A DNA stretch of 64,000 nt from Verrucomicrobiota bacterium (lineage in GTDB: Bacteria > Verrucomicrobiota > Verrucomicrobiia > Limisphaerales > SXQI01), in the NCBI GenBank assembly GCA_033762115.1, contig JANRLX010000107.1, forward strand, positions 10,662-74,661. The letters run 5' to 3'. A program made the position numbers and the translations under genes. The notes under the pieces were generated by a model. The model did not search any database, was not told the DNA's origin, and saw nothing but the letters and a program-made list of their open reading frames with translations. Shown in pieces: positions 48,176 to 57,408 of the stretch (the first letter of the stretch is position 1; every line of letters starts with the position of its first letter).

Positions 48176-48999
48176 GATACGTCATCATACGCGACGACGA
48201 CACAAACACCCTCACTCCGGTTGAATGCCTGGAAACCTTGTACCGGCCATTCCTGGACTCCGGTTTGCCCGTCTGCCTCGCGACCATTCCGCATGTTCGC
48301 AGCAACGTTTTTCTTCCCAATGGACAACCGGAAGGTTTCCTCGTCGCAAACAAAGGGGTTAAACCCGGCACTTACCCCATCGCGGATAATCAGAAGCTGA
48401 CCGGTTATCTCCGCGCAAACCGCGGCTATGAAATCGTCCAGCACGGTTACCACCATGAGTTTGTCGGCACGCGCACAGAATTTGACCATGATAATCGCCG
48501 CGACATTCAGAGACGGCTGGACCATGGAACCCGATTGCTCCAGGAAGCTGGCTTTGAAAAACCAATCACCTTCGTGGCCCCTTATGATCGAATCACCCGC
48601 GTCGCCTATAAGGAACTGGCGACCCGCTTCGCGCTCATCTCAACCGGCTGGTTCGAGTTGGGACGGCTGCCATTGGAATGGTGGCCTGCCTGTGCCATCA
48701 GCAAAATTCGTAAAAAACCACACTGGCAGGCTGGCGGAGTCACATTCCTGAGCCACCCCGGATGCCACCTGAGTTATCATCGCCCCTGTGAAACCATGCT
48801 CGGGGAAATCCAGCGAAGTGTGAAAAGCCGTCGAGTGACAGTGCTGGTCACTCACTGGTGGGAATTTTTTCGCGAAAACACACCCGACCTCAAATTCATC
48901 GAGGTCCTGCACGAAACCGCAAACTGGTTGCGAACAGAAAAGGAAATTAAGGTCGTGCGCTTCAGTGATGTCGCAAACGGCCGCGTTCCGCTCGATTAA
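48172..48999 (+). CDS. DUF2334/polysaccharide deacetylase-like protein
   Basis: IIRDDD, VQHGYHH, FVAPYD, VTHWWE. Confidence 0.8.
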   Translation: MRYVIIRDDDTNTLTPVECLETLYRPFLDSGLPVCLATIPHVRSNVFLPNGQPEGFLVANKGVKPGTYPIADNQKLTGYLRANRGYEIVQHGYHHEFVGTRTEFDHDNRRDIQRRLDHGTRLLQEAGFEKPITFVAPYDRITRVAYKELATRFALISTGWFELGRLPLEWWPACAISKIRKKPHWQAGGVTFLSHPGCHLSYHRPCETMLGEIQRSVKSRRVTVLVTHWWEFFRENTPDLKFIEVLHETANWLRTEKEIKVVRFSDVANGRVPLD

Positions 49000-49033
49000 A
49001 ACGGACGCCTCTGCACACACGTTCCCGCCTGGT

Positions 49034-50527
49034 TCAGTTCGAGATGAACGGCGCTGGCTCTTCCCCATCGCCCCCAAACAGAATTTCCTCGTCAATCCAT
49101 TGACCTGGATTGCGACACGGATTGACTGGCGAAAGATAATCGAGCATCTGCGACAATTCTGTGATGGTATAGCGCGAAATTTCCGAGACCGAGGGATGCT
49201 GCGGACGAAACGCAAATGACTGGCCGCACAACCGCAGGAAACAATTGTCGTTCTGCCCATGCCCGACTGCCACCACCTGTTCCATGTCGATTGCTAATTT
49301 TTCCTGCAAATGCTGGAGAACATTTGATTTGCAGTAGGAATGCCCGTCACAACCCTCCGCATGCCGGAAGGTCGGGCCAATCGTCAGTTTGCCCGTGGCT
49401 TTATTACGACTGAATTTCATCAGGTGCGAAAAAATGAAATCCGCAAAAACTCTCCGGCGGATGATTTCCGCCACCAGATGAAACGAATCGCTGACAATCC
49501 CGACTTTATATCCCATTTTCCGCAGGGTCACGATCACGTGCACCGCGTCCGGTCTCAAAGGAATGTTCCGGGCCACCTGGATAAACGTCTCCTTCGCAGT
49601 CCCGGAAAATAACTGGGCAATGTTTCGGGTGCGGGTTTCATCGGAAAGTTGGTTGTTGTCCAGATACCTCCACAATCCTTCTTCACAACCAATGACTTTG
49701 GCCAGTTCCACCGTCAGGCGGCAGTTCAGCAGCACGCGCATATCGAACAACGCGATCTTTTCCGCTGCGGGAACCCGGTGCATGGAACTTGTCGCACGAG
49801 CAAGCCGCTCATTTTCACGAACCTTCTGAACAAAACTTGTCCTGAATCGACCCGCGCGGCTGGCCCGGTCAAGCAACGCGCGCGCAACCTGCGTCGCCAT
49901 TTCACCCAATGCTTCCAGCGACTGGCTCTGATGCTCGATATGGCCGATATTCACCTCTTTCACCCGCGCCCTCGCAATCACCGCATCGATCAAAAGCGCA
50001 ATGTCCACTCCGTAATCGTTCTCAAAAAGGAACGTCTCAAGAAGTGATTTGCGTGCCGCGATGATCCCGCTCAGCGGTTGATCGAAATGGGCCAGTTCAG
50101 GAAAATAAGTCTTGATCAACGGCCTCGCTGTTAACACTGTCACACGCCCGGCTTCCCGGGTGAAGCTGGCTTTCACGAAGTCAGCTTCATCCGAGAGGAG
50201 TGGGGCGGCAAGGCGCTCGATACAATCCGGTGCCAAACCGCGAAGATCACCGTCGATATAGAGCAGCAGTTCAGTTTTTGCCGCTCGCATCCCATCTTCC
50301 ATGCTGGCTCCCTTGCCCAGCATGGTGCTCGTGATGACCCGTGCTCCTGCCTCACTGGCAAGTTCCGGAGTCCCGTCGATTGAACCGTCATCCACCACCA
50401 GCACCTCGCTGACAAGTGGATTTTCCGCTGCAAAGCGCACCACCGATTGAATGGTCGCTGATTCATTCAACACTGGAATAATCACCGTGAGCACGCCGCT
50501 GCCTTGTTTGTTCCTGTTTAATCGCAT
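49034..50527 (-). CDS. GT-A glycosyltransferase (GpgS-like) fused to a HAD/PSP-like domain
   Basis: VIIPVLNE, VVDDGSIDGT, GKG, IDGD, GRVT, QPLSG, YGVDI; C-term HAD fold with altered motifs. Confidence 0.8.
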   Translation of the reverse strand: MRLNRNKQGSGVLTVIIPVLNESATIQSVVRFAAENPLVSEVLVVDDGSIDGTPELASEAGARVITSTMLGKGASMEDGMRAAKTELLLYIDGDLRGLAPDCIERLAAPLLSDEADFVKASFTREAGRVTVLTARPLIKTYFPELAHFDQPLSGIIAARKSLLETFLFENDYGVDIALLIDAVIARARVKEVNIGHIEHQSQSLEALGEMATQVARALLDRASRAGRFRTSFVQKVRENERLARATSSMHRVPAAEKIALFDMRVLLNCRLTVELAKVIGCEEGLWRYLDNNQLSDETRTRNIAQLFSGTAKETFIQVARNIPLRPDAVHVIVTLRKMGYKVGIVSDSFHLVAEIIRRRVFADFIFSHLMKFSRNKATGKLTIGPTFRHAEGCDGHSYCKSNVLQHLQEKLAIDMEQVVAVGHGQNDNCFLRLCGQSFAFRPQHPSVSEISRYTITELSQMLDYLSPVNPCRNPGQWIDEEILFGGDGEEPAPFISN

Positions 50528-50680
50528 GATTTCCTTTCGTTGTACCGACCCGGAAGCCGGAATGGTTTTTTCGTGACGAGAATCACGAATGTAATGAGCT
50601 TACCTTTGACGCAAACAGGAGGCAACCTCTTCAAGGTATTGTCACCATATCTTTTCAATTTTTTCCACCCTGTCCCTTCC

Positions 50681-50709
50681 TTGACTTGCCCTCACCGCTT
50701 TATTAGTTT
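50681..50709 (+). promoter_or_regulatory. sigma70 promoter, leaderless arrangement for bamD
   Basis: TTGACT-17-TAGTTT, 6 nt, ATG 50716. Confidence 0.6.
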
Positions 50710-50715
50710 GCGCGG

Positions 50716-51708
50716 ATGATTCGTTGGTCCTCTCGCCTCCTGTTTTTAGTCATTTGCCTGGCGTTTCTGCCCGTCCGCACACCCGCCCCGCTGGTGTATC
50801 GACCAGGCGAAGGCTTCACTTACGAGTCCGAAGGTGGCAGCAAATGGCATCGCAACCGCGCGAAGGAGCAGTTGGAAGTGGCCGAGGAGGCATTCAAGGC
50901 CAACGATTTTGAAATGGCCCGCAAGGCTGCGGCGCGCACAGTCCGGGTATGGCCGCTTTCCGATTACGCCCCCCGTGCGCAATATCTGCTCGCTCGCGCC
51001 TATGAGGAGGAAGGCAAGGATGAGAAAGCCTTTCGCGAATACCAGCGGGTCGTCGAAAAATATCCGAAAATCGAAAATTATAACGAAATCCTCGAACGAC
51101 AGCATGCAATCGCCAACCGCTACCTTGCGGGCAAATGGTTCAAGCTCTGGGGAGTAATTCCATTTTTCCCTTCCATGGATCGCACCGCGGAAATGTACGA
51201 AAAAATCATCAGGAACGGCCCCTTCAGTCCCACAGCTCCGCAATCCCAGATGAACATCGGCGCGGCCAGGGAAAAACAATCTGATTATCCGGAAGCCGTG
51301 AAAGCCTACGAACGCGCCGCTGACAAATATCATGACCAGCCGCAAATCGCTGCCGATGCCCTTTACAAGGCGGGCATCGCCTACTTCAAGCAGGCCAAAA
51401 CGGCTGAATATGACCAAAGCGTCGCCGGAAAGGCCATCGGCACATTCGGCGATTTCCTCACCCTCTACCCAAAGGACCCACGAGTGCCGGAAGTGGAAAA
51501 AATCATTGCCAGCTTAAGGGCCGAACAGGCCCGGGGCAGCTTTAAAATCGCTGAATTTTACGAAAAACGAAATCGCCTGGATGGAGCGCTCGTTTACTAC
51601 AATGAAGCCCTGATCAAGGACCCTAACTCACCTTACGCAGACCAGGCCCGGCAACGAATTCAGGCCATTCAGGCGCGCAAGCAAAAAACAACCGCTGCCG
51701 CCAAGTGA
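50716..51708 (+). CDS. bamD: outer membrane protein assembly factor BamD-like TPR protein
   Basis: TPR repeats; YDQSVAGKAI..F.DFLTLYP, IAEFYEK; adjacent to an LptE-like gene. Confidence 0.75.
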   Translation: MIRWSSRLLFLVICLAFLPVRTPAPLVYRPGEGFTYESEGGSKWHRNRAKEQLEVAEEAFKANDFEMARKAAARTVRVWPLSDYAPRAQYLLARAYEEEGKDEKAFREYQRVVEKYPKIENYNEILERQHAIANRYLAGKWFKLWGVIPFFPSMDRTAEMYEKIIRNGPFSPTAPQSQMNIGAAREKQSDYPEAVKAYERAADKYHDQPQIAADALYKAGIAYFKQAKTAEYDQSVAGKAIGTFGDFLTLYPKDPRVPEVEKIIASLRAEQARGSFKIAEFYEKRNRLDGALVYYNEALIKDPNSPYADQARQRIQAIQARKQKTTAAAK

Positions 51709-52217
51709 TGAACTCCCGTTCAATCCTCTCGCTTGCCATTTTGCTCATGGCTGGAGGTTGCGCTGGCTATCGCGTCGGCCCCACCAATGGGCTGGAGGCG
51801 CGGAGCAAATCGGTCCAGGTAAATCTTTTTGTCAACGAAACCCTCGAACCTCGTTTAACCGAAGCGGTTGCCTTCGCCCTGCGCCGCCGGGTCCAACAGG
51901 AAGGCACTTACGCATTGGCCACTCAGGATGACGGAGAAATCATTCTCTCGGGAGCAATCACCCGCTTTGATCGCGATGGGGTTTCCTTTCAACCTTCTGA
52001 TGTGCTGACCCCGCGCGATTATGCCTTGAGCATGATCGCCAGGGTCAAAGCGGTGGAACGTGCCAGTGGCAAAACTTTGCTGGATGCCGAAGTCTCAGGC
52101 CGTGCGTTGGTCCGGGCCGGCGCTAATCTTGACACTGCCGAACGGCAGGCCATTCCCATCATGGCGCAGGACCTCGCCTATAACCTGACTTCACTGCTAA
52201 CGGACGGCACCTGGTAA
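51705..52217 (+). CDS. lptE: LPS assembly lipoprotein LptE-like
   Basis: Lipobox-like LMAGGC-AGY; FVNETLEPRL; ERQAIP. Confidence 0.7.
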   Translation: MMNSRSILSLAILLMAGGCAGYRVGPTNGLEARSKSVQVNLFVNETLEPRLTEAVAFALRRRVQQEGTYALATQDDGEIILSGAITRFDRDGVSFQPSDVLTPRDYALSMIARVKAVERASGKTLLDAEVSGRALVRAGANLDTAERQAIPIMAQDLAYNLTSLLTDGTW

Positions 52218-53339
52218 ACTCCGGAGAAAATTCTCCCACGTCTTCTCTTCCTCATTCCACTCGATTTTTTGCAGCTCACGATCTCGCGGGAATTCTTTCC
52301 GGATAATTTTCAGCAGTTCATTAAAGGCGAAATCAAAATTTTCCTCTCTGGCTTCACCACCATGCTTCACTCTCAGGATGGCGCACTCGAAGCAAAACAA
52401 GACTTCAACCTTCTTTCCTCCCCGCAAAAACTCTGCTTTCACTCCATACACTGGCATACACGCTTTTTGGCTGCCCCAGGCATAACTTTTGAAATTCAAC
52501 AGCTGGGCGGACATGGCCTTGCCTGCCTTGCGTGAAAGGGTGATGCTCCTGCTCCGCGGCGGGTGCCGATCCGCAACAATGGGATCATCAGCCCCCTGCA
52601 AATCTTCAATCAACGTGAGTTTGACCTTCTCTGGATCGTTCACGATTTGATACCCAGGCTCCGAAAACAGTCTTCTAACAATATCCAGTTCACTCGGGAC
52701 CGGGCTCAGTAACTCGGAAGCATTGGTCAGTTGAACCGGGCTGTTGGTGAAGAACTTTCTGGTAGTAATCGAGAGCTTAACAATTTCCCTGGTCGTGCCC
52801 AGGATCGTGAGGTTCACCGGGTTGACCCTGCCGTATGAAGGCTGAAAACGACCCCAGCTGACCAGGAATAAAGGCACCTGCACTCGTTCTGGCGCAACCT
52901 CCGGATTTTCGTGGCTCCGCCGCAGCTCCACCATTTGATGCACCCTGGGAGGCAATGCCTGTTCCATCGCGGCGACATCAATTTGCAACCTGGACAGGAT
53001 CTGCGTTGCGAGTTGATACGCGCCATTCGTGTCGATCAGCGACTTCTCCCCGGCAAGCTTCCAGAGATTCGTTGAATCCTGGTCCTTGGGAAACGCATCA
53101 TTCCTGGTGACGCTGTAAAGCTGGCCGAAGGAATAGTAATAAGAAAAGTTGGTCGTGCTGATGGTTCCTGAAGGTCCGAAGCCGGGCGGTGCAATTTCAG
53201 CACTGATCACCACCAGGGGCCGGCTTTCCGCCAATGTAAGCTTTTCCGCCAGTTTTTCTGATTCAAACGTCAATAGTTGCACCACCGCCGTTTGATAGGC
53301 TGCCGTCGTATGCAGAAAATCAATAATGTTTGTCCCCAT
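52197..53339 (-). CDS. hypothetical protein
   Basis: Non-overlapping part of the 573-aa ORF; C-term KACMPVYG...EVLFCFEC motif. Confidence 0.65.
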   Translation of the reverse strand: MGTNIIDFLHTTAAYQTAVVQLLTFESEKLAEKLTLAESRPLVVISAEIAPPGFGPSGTISTTNFSYYYSFGQLYSVTRNDAFPKDQDSTNLWKLAGEKSLIDTNGAYQLATQILSRLQIDVAAMEQALPPRVHQMVELRRSHENPEVAPERVQVPLFLVSWGRFQPSYGRVNPVNLTILGTTREIVKLSITTRKFFTNSPVQLTNASELLSPVPSELDIVRRLFSEPGYQIVNDPEKVKLTLIEDLQGADDPIVADRHPPRSRSITLSRKAGKAMSAQLLNFKSYAWGSQKACMPVYGVKAEFLRGGKKVEVLFCFECAILRVKHGGEAREENFDFAFNELLKIIRKEFPRDRELQKIEWNEEEKTWENFLRSLPGAVR

Positions 53340-53450
53340 TTCTTGAATAGACCGCTCACCTGACAGAAAGTTTTGCGCTTTCGCTGTAAAACAGTTCGAT
53401 CGCCGATGAGTGATTGATTCTTTGTCCAGTTTCCACATCATTGACCCTTT

Positions 53451-56165
53451 ATGTCGAGCGTCCGTAAGCAGTATCCTTTTGATTTGATCGAGCCGAAGTG
53501 GCAGGCGAAATGGGAACAGGAGCAGACCTTTCGCGCCTGGAACCCCGGTGAAAAAATCCCGGCGAACCATCCATTCTCCCGGCGCCATTCCACCCTTCCC
53601 CCCAAATATTACATCCTCGATATGTTTCCCTACCCATCCGGCGCGGGGCTCCATGTCGGCCACCCGGAGGGATACACCGCCACGGACATCATTGCCCGCT
53701 ACAAACGCGCAGTCGGGTTCAATGTCCTTCATCCCATGGGCTGGGACGCCTTCGGGTTGCCTGCGGAACAGTACGCCATCAAGACCGGCCAGCATCCCCG
53801 CAAAACAACAGAACAAAACATCGCCACCTTCAAGCGGCAGATTCAATCGCTCGGATTCAGTTACGATTGGTCCCGCGAAGTGGACACCACCGACCCCGAA
53901 TATTTCCGCTGGTCCCAATGGATTTTCCTCAAACTTTATAATTCCTGGTTCAATCCAAAATCCAACAAGGCGGAACCGATTGAAACCTTAAGCTATCCCG
54001 CCGACATCACGACTCCGGAACAAAAAAAAGCCTGGCAGGATGCACGCCGGCTTGCGTTCGTGGCGGAAACACCCGTCAATTGGTGCCCGGAATTGGGGAC
54101 CGTGCTCGCCAACGAGGAGGTCATCGACGGTAAAAGCGAGGTCGGCGGATTTCAGGTGGTCCGAAAACCGATGCGCCAATGGATGCTCAGGATCACTGCC
54201 TATGCGGAGCGCCTCCTTCAGGACCTCGACTCCATTGACTGGCCCGATTCGCTCAAGGAAATGCAGCGGAACTGGATCGGCCGTTCCGAAGGTGCGGAGG
54301 TCCTTTTCAAGGTCGCTTCCGGCAGTGAGACGATCAAGGTTTTCACCACTCGTCCCGACACCCTCTACGGGGCGACCTACATGGTTCTTTCTCCCGAGCA
54401 TCCCCTGGTCGATCAACTCCTCACTGCGCAATGGCCCGCGAATATCCCGGAAAAATGGAAAGGCTCTGCCGAATCCCGTGCCACACCTGCTGACGCGGTC
54501 CGTGCCTATCGCGAACATGCCTCGAGCAAAAGTGACCTCGAACGAACTGAGCTTGCGAAGGAAAAAAGCGGTGTTTTCATCGGCGCTTACGCGATTAATC
54601 CTGTAAACAAGGAACCGATCCCCATCTGGATTGCTGACTATGTCCTCGCCAGTTATGGCACCGGTGCGATCATGGCCGTACCCGCTCATGACTCTCGCGA
54701 TTTTGAGTTCGCCCAAAAGTTCGGATTGCCCATCCGGATTGTCGTGGAAGATCCCTCCGGCAAAGACAGCGCAGGATTTACCGGCGAAGGCATCAGCGTG
54801 AATTCCGGGCCCCTTACCGGGTTGAAAACCGCTGAAGCCAAAAAAAAGATCACCGCATGGCTCGAGGAGCACGGGGTCGGCCGCAAAACGATCAATTACA
54901 AAATTCGCGACTGGCTGTTCAGCAGGCAGCGTTATTGGGGGGAACCGTTCCCGATCATCTGGCGCAACGGCCAGCATGAAGCGTTGCCGGAATCTGCACT
55001 CCCGGTCAGGCCGCCAGACCTCACTGATTTCAAACCCACTCCTTCCGGCGAGCCACCCCTGGCGCGCGCAACCGATTGGATGAATCTTCCAGATGGGGCC
55101 GTCCGGGAAACCAACACCATGCCACAATGGGCCGGGAGTTGCTGGTACTATCTGCGCTACCTCGATGCCCGGAACCATGACGCTTTCGTGGGAACAGCTG
55201 CCGAGAAATACTGGATGACCGGCTCCAGCCACTCCGCTCCGGGAGTGGATCTTTACGTCGGCGGGACCGAGCACGCTGTGTTGCACCTGCTTTACTCTCG
55301 GTTCTGGCACAAGGTCCTTTTTGATCTTGGGCATGTCTCCACTGCCGAACCGTTCTACAAGCTGGTCAACCAGGGACTCATTCTCGGTGAGGATGGCCAG
55401 AAAATGTCAAAATCCCGCGGCAACGTCGTGAACCCGGACGACATCCTCAAGGAATTCGGTGCCGATGCCTTCCGCCTTTACGAAATGTTCATGGGCCCGC
55501 TGGAAATGGTCAAACCGTGGAACACAAAAGGGGTGGAGGGGGTTTACCGCTTCCTCGGCCGAGTCTGGCGCCTGTTCGTCGAGGAAAAAAGCGAAGTCGA
55601 TTTTGAGCAGTCCATCACCCTCTCACCAGGGAAGGGGAGTGAGTTGCTGGAAAAGATTTCTCTCAATCCAAAAATCCAGGAAATCGAGCCCACCCCCGCG
55701 CAACTGCGGACATTGCATGCCACGATCAAAAAAGTCACCGAGGACATCGAAGGGATTCGATTGAACACCGCAATCTCCGCGTTGATGGTTTTCGTCAATG
55801 AAGCCATGACCTGGGAAAAGTTGCCGAAAAGCGTCATGGCCGATTTCCTGAAATTATTGCAGCCGCTTGCGCCGCATATTGCCGAGGAACTGCATGAGAA
55901 ATTAACAGGCAGTTCTGAAACACTGGCTTACCTCGATTGGCCAAAATTTGATCCTGCCCTCCTCGTGGAAAATGAAATCGAGCTTCCCGTCCAGGTGAAT
56001 GGAAAAGTGCGGGATGTCATCCGCGTGCCGGTCGATGCCCCCACCCAGGAAATCGAAAAACAGGCGCTCGCCAGCGAAAAAGTGCAGGCTTTTATCGCAG
56101 GCAAGGAAGTCAAAAAAATCATCGTCGTGCCGAAAAGGGTCGTCAACATCGCCGTTGCAGGATGA
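53451..56165 (+). CDS. leuS: leucine--tRNA ligase
   Basis: [40 protein letters not shown]. Confidence 0.98.
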   Translation: MSSVRKQYPFDLIEPKWQAKWEQEQTFRAWNPGEKIPANHPFSRRHSTLPPKYYILDMFPYPSGAGLHVGHPEGYTATDIIARYKRAVGFNVLHPMGWDAFGLPAEQYAIKTGQHPRKTTEQNIATFKRQIQSLGFSYDWSREVDTTDPEYFRWSQWIFLKLYNSWFNPKSNKAEPIETLSYPADITTPEQKKAWQDARRLAFVAETPVNWCPELGTVLANEEVIDGKSEVGGFQVVRKPMRQWMLRITAYAERLLQDLDSIDWPDSLKEMQRNWIGRSEGAEVLFKVASGSETIKVFTTRPDTLYGATYMVLSPEHPLVDQLLTAQWPANIPEKWKGSAESRATPADAVRAYREHASSKSDLERTELAKEKSGVFIGAYAINPVNKEPIPIWIADYVLASYGTGAIMAVPAHDSRDFEFAQKFGLPIRIVVEDPSGKDSAGFTGEGISVNSGPLTGLKTAEAKKKITAWLEEHGVGRKTINYKIRDWLFSRQRYWGEPFPIIWRNGQHEALPESALPVRPPDLTDFKPTPSGEPPLARATDWMNLPDGAVRETNTMPQWAGSCWYYLRYLDARNHDAFVGTAAEKYWMTGSSHSAPGVDLYVGGTEHAVLHLLYSRFWHKVLFDLGHVSTAEPFYKLVNQGLILGEDGQKMSKSRGNVVNPDDILKEFGADAFRLYEMFMGPLEMVKPWNTKGVEGVYRFLGRVWRLFVEEKSEVDFEQSITLSPGKGSELLEKISLNPKIQEIEPTPAQLRTLHATIKKVTEDIEGIRLNTAISALMVFVNEAMTWEKLPKSVMADFLKLLQPLAPHIAEELHEKLTGSSETLAYLDWPKFDPALLVENEIELPVQVNGKVRDVIRVPVDAPTQEIEKQALASEKVQAFIAGKEVKKIIVVPKRVVNIAVAG

Positions 56166-56167
56166 GC

Positions 56168-56182
56168 CGCACCGCCCAAAAA
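56168..56182 (+). repeat. 15-bp direct repeat, left copy (CGCACCGCCCAAAAA)
   Basis: Identical to 57326-57340. Confidence 0.85.
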
Positions 56183-56211
56183 CGGGAGGGTCTAATCCAT
56201 TTCAACAGTTT

Positions 56212-56245
56212 CGATTGTAGCGAATATTACGAATATGGCGATTAT
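56212..56245 (+). promoter_or_regulatory. four 9-bp-period CGA(A/T)T(A/G)T repeats, putative operator
   Basis: CGATTGT 56212, CGAATAT 56221, CGAATAT 56230, CGATTAT 56239, just upstream of TTGACT at 56250. Confidence 0.6.
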
Positions 56246-56283
56246 TCATTTGACTTATTGCGTAATTTTTCGATATTTATTCC

Positions 56284-56751
56284 ATGAAGATATCCGAAAG
56301 TCGGGTCGATCCATCCGAACTCTCGGAGAGCGAGCTGGATCAGCTTCAGCCGATTTTGGATTTGGCTGGACAGAACAAGCAGCCCTGCCTTCTCGCGCCG
56401 GACGGAACTAAATTACCGCTGCCGGAGCCGATTTTTAATGTTCTGGTAACCATTGTTCAGGGGATGCGACAGGGAAAAACAATGATGCTTTGCCCTGAGG
56501 ATGAAACGTTCACTACTCAGGCAGCCGCTAACTTTCTCGGGATGTCACGGCAATATTTCGTGACGTTACTCGAATCTGGGCAAATAAAATTTCACCGGGT
56601 TGGTTCGCATCGGCGGGTTTATTTCAAGGATTTGCGCAATTACATGAAATTGAGAGACAAGGATCGCCGCGCCGGGCTTTCCCGTCTTTTCAAGAAATTG
56701 CAGGACGAAAAACAATACGATACAGAGGTCATTATCGAGGATGCACAGTGA
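56284..56751 (+). CDS. excisionase/MerR-like HTH protein, putative antitoxin
   Basis: FTTQAAANFLGMSRQYFVTLLESGQIKFHRVGSHRRV. Confidence 0.85.
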   Translation: MKISESRVDPSELSESELDQLQPILDLAGQNKQPCLLAPDGTKLPLPEPIFNVLVTIVQGMRQGKTMMLCPEDETFTTQAAANFLGMSRQYFVTLLESGQIKFHRVGSHRRVYFKDLRNYMKLRDKDRRAGLSRLFKKLQDEKQYDTEVIIEDAQ

Positions 56752-57325
56752 TTTTCCTGTCATCCTGGATGCATGTGTCCTTGCTACTGGGGCTTTGTGT
56801 GACCTGTATTTGAGGCTGGCTGAGCCCCCTCGGCTTTATATTCCAATGTGGTCCTCTGAAATCCTTGCAGAGGTTCACAGAACGCAAACAACCAAGCTTA
56901 AGCGCCCATACACAAAAGAGTTGGCCGATTATTGGCAAAGCGAAGTGACAAACACCTTTCCCGAGGCCGTTGTTACTGGATGGGAGGATTTGGTTGTTGC
57001 AATGAAAAACCATGAAAAAGATCGCCACGTTTTGGCTGCTGCGGTTAAAGCGCGCTCAGACCTGATTGTCACGTTCAACTTGAAACATTTTCCGCCATCG
57101 ATTCTGAAACCTCTTGGGATCAATGCTGTCCACCCACAAGATTACCTGCTGACGCTATGGTCAATGAATCCAGGAGTTGTCATGGGAAAGATTGCCGCGA
57201 TTGCGAGAGATGAAAAAATTGAGATTCAGGACGTTTTAATCAGGCTTGGAAAATCTGTCCCTCTTTTTTCCTCTCACATAATGCAGGCAATGGGTGACCA
57301 CCCAGGCGAATCGGATTCAAATTAG
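56741..57325 (+). CDS. PIN domain protein, putative VapC-like toxin
   Basis: VILDACVL, WSSEILAE, KDRHVLAAA, IVTFNLKHFP. Confidence 0.85.
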   Translation: MHSDFPVILDACVLATGALCDLYLRLAEPPRLYIPMWSSEILAEVHRTQTTKLKRPYTKELADYWQSEVTNTFPEAVVTGWEDLVVAMKNHEKDRHVLAAAVKARSDLIVTFNLKHFPPSILKPLGINAVHPQDYLLTLWSMNPGVVMGKIAAIARDEKIEIQDVLIRLGKSVPLFSSHIMQAMGDHPGESDSN

Positions 57326-57340
57326 CGCACCGCCCAAAAA
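57326..57340 (+). repeat. 15-bp direct repeat, right copy (CGCACCGCCCAAAAA)
   Basis: Identical to 56168-56182; begins right after the PIN stop codon. Confidence 0.85.
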
Positions 57341-57408
57341 ACTGCTGGCGCGACCCCGGCTCTTTTGTATCGTTAACCTCTCTTGATTGGATTTTTGAAT
57401 TAAAACTA

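Noticed and set aside
53340..53918. N-terminal extension of the 573-aa ORF
   Set aside because: Mostly antisense to leuS; the ATG at 53339 avoids the overlap.
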